A stretch of 64,000 bases of DNA from Bacteroidales bacterium (GTDB lineage: Bacteria; Bacteroidota; Bacteroidia; Bacteroidales; JAIPAH01). Below, piece by piece: positions 55,996-64,000 of the stretch (position 1 is its first letter; the number at the start of each line of letters is the position of its first letter). The notes under the pieces were generated by a model. The model did no database searches. It was not told the DNA's origin and was given only the letters and a program-made list of their open reading frames with translations. A program made the position numbers and the translations under genes. The stretch covers positions 1,241 through 65,240 of the forward strand of contig JAIPBX010000003.1 of NCBI GenBank assembly GCA_021738485.1, written 5' to 3'.

Positions 55996-57705
55996 ATGAA
56001 AAGGTCCTTTTTAAGACCCATTTTTACCCATTATACCTTACAAGTATTGTTTCTTGCCGCATTTGTTGGGGTATTATCCGGTTTTGTAGCTATCGGGTTT
56101 CGTTATCTTCTTTTTTCAATTCAGAATCTGCTTTTTTTCCAAGAAATCAGTATAACTGAAACTTCTCCGATAGATCATGTTGTCGGAGAAATAGTTTTTA
56201 TAATCCCTGCCATTGGTGGGCTTTTTGTTGGTTTGATAACCTATTTTTTTGCCAGCGAAGCTAAAGGGCATGGTGTCCCTGAGGTCATGGAATCGGTGGC
56301 TGTTAAAGGGGGTAAGATGCGACCTCGCACAGTTCTTTTTAAAGCATTGGCCTCAGCCATTTCTATTGGAAGTGGCGGGTCGATAGGTCGAGAAGGACCT
56401 ATTGTGCAAATCGGTTCGGCCATGGGCTCTTCCATAGCCCAATGGCTGCGCCTCGACCAATATAAAATTAAGGTTCTCCTGGGCTGTGGTGCTGCCGGAG
56501 GGATAGCCGCTACGTTTAACACACCGATAGCTGGAATAATATTTGCCCTGGAAATTATCCTTCTCGAATTAAAGTCGCGTTCCTTTATGGCGTTAGTCAT
56601 TTCCTCTTTTTTTGCCACCTCTGTGTCAAGAATTTTCCTGGGCTCTACACCTGCTTTTCCTGTACCCTCGTATGAATTTGTTTCATTATATGAGACAGGG
56701 CTATATCTATTGTTGGGTGTGCTGGCAGGATTTACAGGGCTTCTCCTGATAAGGTCCTTATACAAAACCGAAAGACTTTTTGACCGGATACCCATGCCGG
56801 ATTATTTAAAACCGGCTTTAGGTGGTTTGCTCGTTGGAATAATCGGAATCTTTCTACCCCAGGTTTTTGGTGTGGGTTATGATACCATCGAAAAGATGCT
56901 GAATCAAAATATGCTGTTGCAAACCACACTATTATTGCTGATGTTTAAATTTTTGGCATTTATCCTTACCATTGGCTCAGGAGCATCAGGTGGAATTTTT
57001 TCCCCATCACTGTTTATTGGTGCAGCTTTGGGAGCTTCTTACGGATGGATAGCCAATTATTTTTTTCCCGATATAACCGCTCCTGCCGGAGCCTATGCTT
57101 TGGTGGGCATGGCAGCGGTTTTTGCGGCTACATCAAGGGCTACCCTTACAGCCATCATTATTATTTTTGAATTAACTCTGGATTATAAAATTATTCTTCC
57201 GCTTATGTTTGCCTGTGTTATCGCAGATTTGATCACCTGGCTTTTATCTCAGGATACCATTTATACTAAAAAGCTCGCGAAAAGAGGTATTCGTATTTCT
57301 CACGATATGGAAGCCAGTCAATTGGAAGTAAAAAGCATCGGGGAGATTTTTCACCGACAAAAAGGCTACCTGAGCTCCATTTCAGTGGAAGAAATACATC
57401 AGAACCTTTTAAGAAGTAACGTTTATTCTGCCTGTGTGGTTAATGAACAGAATGAATTGGTCGGCGTAACCACAATGAAAAATGTGGAGCGCAAAATTGA
57501 AAGTGGCCTAGCTGTGGGTGAGATTGTTAAAAGAGATATTGATGTGGGCTATCCGGATGAACCATTAAGCGATGCGTTGTATAAAATGGCCAAAAACAAC
57601 CTCGAAATGCTTCCTGTGGTGACGGGGAAAAACAAAAAATTATTAGGTTACATCACCCGGTCAGATGTCCTTCAGACTTTCCAGTCGGAAGTGAGTCCCG
57701 GTTAA
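55996..57705 (+). CDS. ClC-type chloride channel/antiporter with C-terminal CBS pair
   Basis: 569 aa. GSGGSIGREGP and GASGGIFSPSLF selectivity motifs. C-terminal CBS-like repeats. Confidence 0.85.
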   Translation: MKRSFLRPIFTHYTLQVLFLAAFVGVLSGFVAIGFRYLLFSIQNLLFFQEISITETSPIDHVVGEIVFIIPAIGGLFVGLITYFFASEAKGHGVPEVMESVAVKGGKMRPRTVLFKALASAISIGSGGSIGREGPIVQIGSAMGSSIAQWLRLDQYKIKVLLGCGAAGGIAATFNTPIAGIIFALEIILLELKSRSFMALVISSFFATSVSRIFLGSTPAFPVPSYEFVSLYETGLYLLLGVLAGFTGLLLIRSLYKTERLFDRIPMPDYLKPALGGLLVGIIGIFLPQVFGVGYDTIEKMLNQNMLLQTTLLLLMFKFLAFILTIGSGASGGIFSPSLFIGAALGASYGWIANYFFPDITAPAGAYALVGMAAVFAATSRATLTAIIIIFELTLDYKIILPLMFACVIADLITWLLSQDTIYTKKLAKRGIRISHDMEASQLEVKSIGEIFHRQKGYLSSISVEEIHQNLLRSNVYSACVVNEQNELVGVTTMKNVERKIESGLAVGEIVKRDIDVGYPDEPLSDALYKMAKNNLEMLPVVTGKNKKLLGYITRSDVLQTFQSEVSPG

Positions 57706-57733
57706 AAGCTAATATTTTGAAAGCAATCGTTTG

Positions 57734-59176
57734 CTAGAAGTAAGGATACAGGCCATGATCCAGCTTTTCCATCTCAAAAACTTCCATTAAACGGTTACTG
57801 TTTTCAATTCTGTTACGGTTTATTTCTATTTCAACCACTTCTTTTCGAAAAGGTTGGTTGTTAACGCAAAATATATTTTCAAAAACTTGGGCTTCCTTTT
57901 TTGTCAGGGCTATATCCGGGGTTATGCGGCCTCTTTCCACAAATACGGGTTTGTTGTTATTCAGGTGAATCTCTTTGAAAGGGAACTTGTAGGTTAACGA
58001 ATTTCTAAGCTTAGTAGCATGATAATTTAGCGAGACATTTACATCGAATTTTAAAGCCGGTTTTAGACAAGTTTCATGAATGATTAATGCATCTCCTTCA
58101 TCTTTATAAAATTCTCCGTTTAAGCAAATTCTCTTTATCGTTTCACGAACACTGTTCAGCTGCGCATCTGTGCCTGTGAGGATAATGTTACGGATAAGCC
58201 CTGTTTCGGTTATGGTTTCATGCGGGTGAGTAAAAAAGGCAGTTTGTTTTATTCGTGCTGCGCGGCTCTGAAATCTGTAACGATAAATGTAGGAGCAATA
58301 ATTCACCGGAAGATTTATTTTTTCTTTGTAGGAATGAAGCATAACCTTTAATGCCGTCAGTTCAGATTCAAGCACAGTAGCCTTTGGGCCATGCAAAAAA
58401 GTATAACCGCGCTTTTTAAGTTTTGAGAAGTTGTAATCGGTTAGCCTGATTTGATGAAGGTTAAGGAAATCTACACCGGCGTTTTTCATCTGAGGTAACA
58501 GCTCTCTGATTATTTCGAGATCTTCCGGAATAGCCGGGATTTCAACAGTGATATTCCTGATAATTCCTGCGGCTTTTTTAACAGGCTCAAGACGGTAACC
58601 CGCAGCACTTATATCAAAACGTACTTCATCCAGACCAGCACTGGCGAGTTCTTTGAACTTTTCTTTTTCAGCCAGAATCCCATTCGTATACATCCAGATA
58701 TAAATCTCATTACCCAGTTCTTTGCGGATAGTTTTGATGAACCGAAGGGTTTTATCAAAACTCAAAAAAGGCTCTCCGCCGCTTATGCTTGCTCCTTTGT
58801 AGTTAAACCGGCGAAGGTAGGCAACGTAGTCTTCCGGGTTTTGAAAAGTTACAGCACTTGTTGTGGGAACACTAACGTCATCTTGTTTTGAAGGACAGTA
58901 AAAACATCTTGCATTGCACACATTGTTGATGAATAGACAGCTCCACTCTCCTTCCCCGCAAAGACGACATCCCGGTGATAAACTTGATACATCCGCCTTT
59001 GAGGCATGATATCCCCATTGCACATAATTTTCCAGTTCGGAAAGAAGGGTTGACCGTTCAATTTCGTAACCATCTATTTCTTCTTCCTTTATCCAGTTAA
59101 CTTCAGAATACCATTTCTTATATTCACTACGGTTTCGCTCAATGAAAATCGACTTGCTACCCCTCTTATCGTTCAT
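57734..59176 (-). CDS. Radical SAM protein with a ~230-aa C-terminal domain of unknown function
   Basis: 480 aa. CNARCFYC (C87/C91/C94), preceded by C70-x2-C73-x6-C80. GGEP at SISGGEPF. Confidence 0.7.
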   Translation of the reverse strand: MNDKRGSKSIFIERNRSEYKKWYSEVNWIKEEEIDGYEIERSTLLSELENYVQWGYHASKADVSSLSPGCRLCGEGEWSCLFINNVCNARCFYCPSKQDDVSVPTTSAVTFQNPEDYVAYLRRFNYKGASISGGEPFLSFDKTLRFIKTIRKELGNEIYIWMYTNGILAEKEKFKELASAGLDEVRFDISAAGYRLEPVKKAAGIIRNITVEIPAIPEDLEIIRELLPQMKNAGVDFLNLHQIRLTDYNFSKLKKRGYTFLHGPKATVLESELTALKVMLHSYKEKINLPVNYCSYIYRYRFQSRAARIKQTAFFTHPHETITETGLIRNIILTGTDAQLNSVRETIKRICLNGEFYKDEGDALIIHETCLKPALKFDVNVSLNYHATKLRNSLTYKFPFKEIHLNNNKPVFVERGRITPDIALTKKEAQVFENIFCVNNQPFRKEVVEIEINRNRIENSNRLMEVFEMEKLDHGLYPYF

Positions 59177-59328
59177 TTTATCTTTTTTAAAAACCTAAAT
59201 TAATGTTTTTGAGACCTGTTTGTCAGGTAATAGTCCCGCGATAAAAATACGGTCTTTTGGTTTTATTTATGATAAAAAGGGTCAACTTTTAAAAGAAAAT
59301 TATTGAATAATAATTGATTGTTTTATCG

Positions 59329-59511
59329 CTATTCATATCGAATCGCCTCCACCGGGTTCGTTCTAGATTGTTTCCGGGTATGGAAAACAATTGTAGACAA
59401 AGCCATAAGCATGACCACACTTCCTGAGAAAATAAAAACGATGAGGGAGATGTCGGTCGTTGTTATCGCGGAATCCCGAAAGTTTTTTTCCGACCGGGTT
59501 TTTTGGCCCAT
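59329..59511 (-). pseudogene. C-terminal remnant of an FtsX-type ABC permease
   Basis: The 60-aa ORF ends ISLIVFIFSGSVVMLMALSTIVFHTRKQSRTNPVEAIRYE. This is the last TM helix plus the NPVEA-hRYE end typical of Bacteroidota FtsX permeases. No body of the gene lies upstream. Confidence 0.5.
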
Positions 59512-59578
59512 CGCCTTTAAGGCAGCCTGATTGATGATAACACTTTGCGTGGAATCAAGCGAATTTTTGGAAGAGAAG

Positions 59579-60625
59579 TTAAAAATACAACCAATGGAAA
59601 TTCAATTGCCCTTTGGTGTTGTACTCCAATGCCGGAAAAGGAATCTTGATAAAACCGATCACGTTAAACAGTTGTTTTAGAAAATCGGAGTCGGTATTGA
59701 TCTTCGTCAGATCGGCATCCAATGAAAGGAGGTATTGCCGGTGACGTTGAAAATCGGGGATAGGGCGACCTTCATGTTCGGTTACGTTTGAAGATGCCCC
59801 TGTCATCCCTTCGCCACTGTATCCCACGGCTACGTTTAGCCATTCGGGGAGAGAGGATTTTTCTTTCGAGAAGGATTTCAGGTTTGCCGAAAGCCAGAGT
59901 GTCTGGCCGTTGTAGTCTTTAAGCATGTTTACCGGAAGGCTGGTGCCAAATAAATCGGGTCGATAGTCTGTATATTTTGTTTGATGAAAAGAGTACTTGA
60001 AGGTGATGCGCTGTTCCTGCCATAGAAGCTGCTGACCAATAAAAACGCCCGAACCAACGGTGTTACTTAGCAAATCTCCGGGCGAGGATCCCCACTCTTC
60101 TGAAAAACCGTCCAGTGTTTCGATCGTCAACAAATAGACGAAGCCCAGGCCCCCCCCGTACAACACCGATTCTCTTTCACTTACGTTGCACCATTTCAAT
60201 GTCTCATAGCCAAACTTCCCCACATAGTAGGAGGTGATTCCATGACCCACCTTGTCCACCTGCAACCAGGTATCGTTATCGTTATGAAAATGAAATGACG
60301 ACTGCGGATAATCTTTATACCACAAATGATAAAGCCCATACATACTTCCGGCAAACATGCTGGCTTCAGCGATAATCACACCGCGCAGTCTTTGTTTATT
60401 CACTGAATGGTGAGTCGTATCCGAATTGTTGCGTTTGAAAGACACGGTTCGAGAGCTGAAGCTGTTTTTGGATAAAACATTAAGTGAAAGCGGCTGAGAT
60501 GAGGCGTCAAATCCTGCGAGGCACCAATGCAAAACCAGCACCCCAATAAAAAGAACTTTACGATGCTTTTTGAGGAATGTCGAGTGGCCGCCTGGTTTCA
60601 TTTCTGTTTGGATGAAGTATCTCAA
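59579..60625 (-). CDS. DUF2279-like exported protein
   Basis: 348 aa. YHLWYKDYPQSSFHFHNDNDTWLQVDKVGHGITSYY matches my memory of DUF2279. The start could be the internal MKPGG. Confidence 0.5.
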   Translation of the reverse strand: MRYFIQTEMKPGGHSTFLKKHRKVLFIGVLVLHWCLAGFDASSQPLSLNVLSKNSFSSRTVSFKRNNSDTTHHSVNKQRLRGVIIAEASMFAGSMYGLYHLWYKDYPQSSFHFHNDNDTWLQVDKVGHGITSYYVGKFGYETLKWCNVSERESVLYGGGLGFVYLLTIETLDGFSEEWGSSPGDLLSNTVGSGVFIGQQLLWQEQRITFKYSFHQTKYTDYRPDLFGTSLPVNMLKDYNGQTLWLSANLKSFSKEKSSLPEWLNVAVGYSGEGMTGASSNVTEHEGRPIPDFQRHRQYLLSLDADLTKINTDSDFLKQLFNVIGFIKIPFPALEYNTKGQLNFHWLYF

Positions 60626-60657
60626 TTCAAATATGGTTTTGATCGTTTACGCTTCTA

Positions 60658-60843
60658 TCACTGATTATTTCTACCAAGTACACCGGCAAAATTAGTAAAA
60701 GGTATTTTATTCGGGGTTAAAATGAGACTCAAAATGGAATTCAAAGAAAGGGAGGAAATGCCCAGGCAAAAGAGCTTTTTGAGGAAGCTTCTTTTATCGG
60801 TGTCGGAATGGGAGTGCTTTTTGTGTTTGTTTGAGAATCTCAT
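60658..60843 (-). CDS. Hypothetical 61-aa ORF, possibly an N-terminal (Tat-signal-like) gene remnant
   Basis: DKRSFLKKLFCLGISSLSL resembles a twin-arginine-type leader, but with KR. No mature domain follows. Confidence 0.2.
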   Translation of the reverse strand: MRFSNKHKKHSHSDTDKRSFLKKLFCLGISSLSLNSILSLILTPNKIPFTNFAGVLGRNNQ

Positions 60844-60920
60844 CTTGGTAGCGAATAACTGAATTTATTGGGCTGCAATTGATTGGGTCATTTGCTTTTA
60901 TAGGATGAAGTAATATGTAG

Positions 60921-61376
60921 TTAAAATTGTTCTTCTTCTAATGTATTTCTAAGATCTTTCATTCCTGCTGTAGTGATCATTTTATCGTATTTTAGTGAGA
61001 GCAATCCCTTGAACAAAGCCATATCACCAGTCCATAGTAAAGATCCCTTGGATTCATTCAGGGCCACGAAAGCAATGTCTTTAGGATCAATATTTTTAAC
61101 TAAATCATAAGCTTTTAATCTATGTTTCTTTGGAATTTTGGACTCGTCAATAAAGTTGATTTTTTTGAAAACAATATTTTTAGCTTTTAAAAGAGCCTCC
61201 TCGTCTAAATTTGAAATTCTTTTTAATTTTTCCCAATTATTATCTATTTCCTTGATTAGGTAATGACAACTCCAGAAACGAAAAAAAATGTCAGAGTTTA
61301 GTAATAAATCACCGATTGTACTTTTTGTATTAAGGATACCACTAAAGACAATATTCGTATCAACTATGATAATCAT
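60921..61376 (-). CDS. PIN-domain toxin (type II TA)
   Basis: 151 aa. MIIIVDTNIVFSGIL start (first acidic PIN residue) and a later TGDMALF block. Overlaps the upstream small gene by 4 nt. Confidence 0.65.
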   Translation of the reverse strand: MIIIVDTNIVFSGILNTKSTIGDLLLNSDIFFRFWSCHYLIKEIDNNWEKLKRISNLDEEALLKAKNIVFKKINFIDESKIPKKHRLKAYDLVKNIDPKDIAFVALNESKGSLLWTGDMALFKGLLSLKYDKMITTAGMKDLRNTLEEEQF

Positions 61377-61576
61377 TTAAGAAAAGAGTCTTTATTTTTT
61401 TCCCACCAATTTTTGTTCACCTCTGCAGCCAATTTATCAACGTCTTCCTGTTTCGCCTTTGATTTTGATGTAAGTTCCTGGTAACGAACATAGTCAATAA
61501 TGCGTTGCACACTTTCTTTATCAATTGAATTCGGAATTCTTATCAAAATTTCCTTATCTGTTCTTTCTATTTTCAT
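61373..61576 (-). CDS. Putative antitoxin partner of the PIN protein
   Basis: 67 aa, charged. Its stop overlaps the PIN start (ATGA). Confidence 0.5.
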   Translation of the reverse strand: MKIERTDKEILIRIPNSIDKESVQRIIDYVRYQELTSKSKAKQEDVDKLAAEVNKNWWEKNKDSFLK

Positions 61577-61895
61577 AGTCTCTTTTTTAACAAATTTACA
61601 ACAAACATAAGATATATGTTTTATTGTTTTCTAATTTAGGCAAATACAACAAAGTTTCTTAGTTTTTATACCTTGTTATTTTTTTCTTAGCGGCTTTTTC
61701 CAAGACTTCAAACTGGCCTAAGACGCAAAGAGTTTGTAGTAAAACCGTATGCCATTATTCTGCTTGGCGGCTTAGCGTGAAATCAACATCGGTAAAAAAA
61801 ACCGGATTATCCCTTTCTTAAACGGTTCTTTTCACGCAAAGAGCGCAGAGAACGCAGAGATTAAGAAGGGAATCTATTTTTTCATTAATCTCAGT

Positions 61896-62594
61896 TCATC
61901 CTCTCAAATCGATAAACCAAAATCCAATTTCCTTTTGCTTGCTGCTTTTGTCGGGGTTGGGATAGGTTTGGTAGACGGTCTCTCCCAGGGTATATTTAAC
62001 GGGTTCCTGGAAAATGGGTCCGTCAAAACAAAAGGTGTGGAATTCGCCATTTTCCCCGCAGGGATCGACTTCTTCGGGAAGTTCCTTTAGCAAGTCTCTG
62101 GTTAGTTCCCGGCCCAGGAACTCTTTCCCCATCAAATCGGCTTTGGCGGCTACAATCACGGTTCGGAATCCTTGCTCGAGAAAATCATGCATCAGGGCCC
62201 TTGTATTCTTTTTCCAGAGGGGAAACACCGGCTTGATTCCTATGGGGGAAAGCATTCCTTCGCGGTATTGCCGGATGTCTTCCAGGAAAATATCTCCAAA
62301 ACCGGTGTATTCGTATCCGAGATTTTTGAGCCGGAGGATTTCATTTGTCATGATTGAATTGTATTCCTCCATGGACGGCTTTTCGGGTAGTCCAAGGAGG
62401 GAGATCCCCAGCCCCGTCGCTTCGGCCTGAGCTTTCAGAAGTTCTGCCTGCGTACCGTGCATGGCCACCCTGTCATTGGCGGAGTTAATAGTGCTGAGGA
62501 GCAAGTCGATATCGTATTCATTATCCTGCTGAAGGTAGTGCAATGCCAGCGCCGAGTCTTTACCGCTGCTCCAGTTGAAGTACATTTTCTTCAT
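61896..62594 (-). CDS. Dph6-related / MJ0570-type N-type ATP pyrophosphatase
   Basis: 232 aa. PP-loop FNWSSGKDSALAL. C-terminal GENGEFHTF block. Confidence 0.65.
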   Translation of the reverse strand: MKKMYFNWSSGKDSALALHYLQQDNEYDIDLLLSTINSANDRVAMHGTQAELLKAQAEATGLGISLLGLPEKPSMEEYNSIMTNEILRLKNLGYEYTGFGDIFLEDIRQYREGMLSPIGIKPVFPLWKKNTRALMHDFLEQGFRTVIVAAKADLMGKEFLGRELTRDLLKELPEEVDPCGENGEFHTFCFDGPIFQEPVKYTLGETVYQTYPNPDKSSKQKEIGFWFIDLRG

Positions 62595-62597
62595 GGT

Positions 62598-63431
62598 CTA
62601 TACGGCTTTTTTCTTCTTCCAGCGGTCAAAGATATGGAACAGTTGGTCCAGTCCGTCTGTCAGCGCAGCCGGTCCGGGCTGCAGGATGATAGAAGAGTCG
62701 ATTTCGTAGATGTCGTCATTTTGTACGGCGGAAATCGATTGGAAGTTATCGCGACTTAGGATGTGATTTTTGTCAAATGGCGCCCCACACCAGGAAGCTA
62801 AGATGATGTCCGGGTTTCTTTTTACTATCGCTTCCGGCTTTTCGATGATACGTTGTTTGGCCAGCGATTGATTCCGGTTTTCCGGAAAAACATCTTCCCC
62901 GCCGGCTATTTCTACCAGCTCGCTGACCCACTGAATTCCGGAAATCATCGGATCGTACCACTCCTCGAAATACACTCTGGGTTTGAACTCCCAGGTGGAT
63001 GTCACCTGCTGAATTTCATTGATCCTCTGGTTTATATTCTCCAGCAACTGTCGGGCTTTTTCCGACTGCCCTACCATTGCGCCCAGTTGCATGATCATTT
63101 TCCGGATGCCTTCCACGCTGCGGTGATTGTTAATCCACACCGGGATGCCTTTGGAAATGAGTTTCCGGGCGATGTCGGCCTGGATATCCGAAAACCCGAT
63201 CACCAGGTCAGGCTCAAGGTCAACAATTTCCTGGTAGCGGGCATTGATAAAGGTAGAGATTATCGGCTTCTCGCGGCGTGCTTCCGGCGGCCGCTCCGTA
63301 AAACCGGAGACCCCTACAATGCGGTCCTGCTCACCCAAAAGGTAGAGGGTTTCCGTGGGCTCCTCCGTCAGGCAAACAATGCGTTGAGGGGAGTAGTCGG
63401 TTAATGCTGTGTTGTTTTGATGATGCTTCAT
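62598..63431 (-). CDS. BtuF-like class III periplasmic-binding-fold protein without a signal peptide
   Basis: 277 aa. RIVCLTEEPTETLYLLG...IVGVSGF and PDLVIGF blocks, typical of cobalamin/siderophore binding proteins. The N-terminus MKHHQNNTALTDYSPQ is hydrophilic. Confidence 0.6.
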   Translation of the reverse strand: MKHHQNNTALTDYSPQRIVCLTEEPTETLYLLGEQDRIVGVSGFTERPPEARREKPIISTFINARYQEIVDLEPDLVIGFSDIQADIARKLISKGIPVWINNHRSVEGIRKMIMQLGAMVGQSEKARQLLENINQRINEIQQVTSTWEFKPRVYFEEWYDPMISGIQWVSELVEIAGGEDVFPENRNQSLAKQRIIEKPEAIVKRNPDIILASWCGAPFDKNHILSRDNFQSISAVQNDDIYEIDSSIILQPGPAALTDGLDQLFHIFDRWKKKKAV

Positions 63432-63478
63432 ACGAATCCCTTGCTTTTTTGCTTACAACAAATGCGGGCAGGAATTAT

Positions 63479-63676
63479 TCAAAAAAAGGTAAGTCTTGAA
63501 TTGTTGATTTGGGTTCTTGCTTTTTCATATTCACTATAATCTGAGGCAGACCAAGTGGGAGCTGCTAAAATAAGCTCCTCCATTTCTTCTGAAGATTTCT
63601 TGAAAGAGATTTCAACCTGCAGCGCATTGGCAAGTTTTTCAATAACCTTTTCAGGCAATTGACGAATTAGTTTCAA
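63479..63676 (-). CDS. Hypothetical 65-aa ORF (TTG start)
   Basis: Only an ORF-track call. The in-frame upstream region has a stop 14 codons before the TTG. No recognisable motif. Confidence 0.2.
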   Translation of the reverse strand: MKLIRQLPEKVIEKLANALQVEISFKKSSEEMEELILAAPTWSASDYSEYEKARTQINNSRLTFF

Positions 63677-64000
63677 TATTTTTTTGTAATCTGCTTTAAT
63701 TGGCTTCTTTTGTGTTCAAAGTTTCAAGAATAATTAACAATCAGAGTCATCTGTTTATGTATCCATTCTTTTTTTTCTTTATCAAACCCTTTTTCATCCA
63801 TACCCCAAAGTTACAAAAGAATGGATTAAGAAGGAACCCTTAGGTTTTAAAGAAGCTGTTTTTCAACATCAATCAATTTAGTTTTGATAATTGAGGGCAG
63901 TCTAAAAGTCCCCTTTAGGGGATTCAGGGGTTATAAGGCTTTTTAAACTCGACTCATTATTGATTTTTGAAACTTTTTTGGATTTTGAGTTTTGTTATTT

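Noticed and set aside
57734-59176. Radical SAM gene as a RiPP maturase, viperin-like defence enzyme or anaerobic sulfatase maturase.
   Set aside because: There is no adjacent precursor-sized ORF (28-nt and ~150-nt flanks), no SPASM/twitch Cys cluster and no nucleotide-kinase or defence partners. It is also much longer than viperins. It is kept as an orphan of unknown function instead.
61896-63431. Calling the Dph6-like/BtuF-like pair a foreign island on GC content.
   Set aside because: My spot counts (62641-62700 = 37/60, 63241-63300 = 35/60) are high. They are, however, no higher than core genes such as glmS (33/60) or the flavoprotein (36/60). Composition alone does not support lateral origin.

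Overview
This is a chromosomal segment of a Bacteroidota genome. Support: a PorZ-like T9SS C-terminal-domain protein, the GlgA-like/DUF4270/GlmS neighbourhood, long-form IspG and LysRS, and TTTG-N18/19-TAnnTTTG promoter boxes. I count about 60 protein genes and one tRNA-Leu(CAA). I saw no rRNA, CRISPR array, transposase or integrase. Most of the window is housekeeping: S46 and M49-like peptidases, a split MacAB-type ABC efflux operon, porZ-recO, lysS, lipA-lipB-ispG, glyQS, pth-rplY-prs, an S41 protease, sodB, glmS, yceD-rpmF-plsX-fabH, a U32/PHP pair, alkaline phosphatase and a ClC channel. The unusual parts are these. (1) An AT-rich surface-glycan island at about 24.8-33.4 kb, in the centre of the window, carries five sulfotransferase-fold genes. 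Four of them belong to one uncharacterised ~275-aa paralog family, and they are interleaved with a GT2, an O-antigen-ligase-like membrane protein and an ATP-grasp enzyme. This is my best candidate for an undescribed system (a multi-sulfated glycan or lipid pathway). (2) A 1,077-aa single polypeptide fuses 2Fe-2S, FAD/NAD, 2x[4Fe-4S], BFD and DAO modules and is divergent from a proline dehydrogenase. (3) A five-gene operon encodes exported CxxCH / OB / YceI / beta-barrel proteins. (4) An orphan 480-aa radical SAM enzyme sits beside a decayed FtsX gene. (5) There is also a PIN toxin-antitoxin pair, a Dph6-like/signal-less BtuF-like pair, and several non-coding repeat and hairpin elements. All functional names come from motif recognition and recall of protein families, not from database searches.
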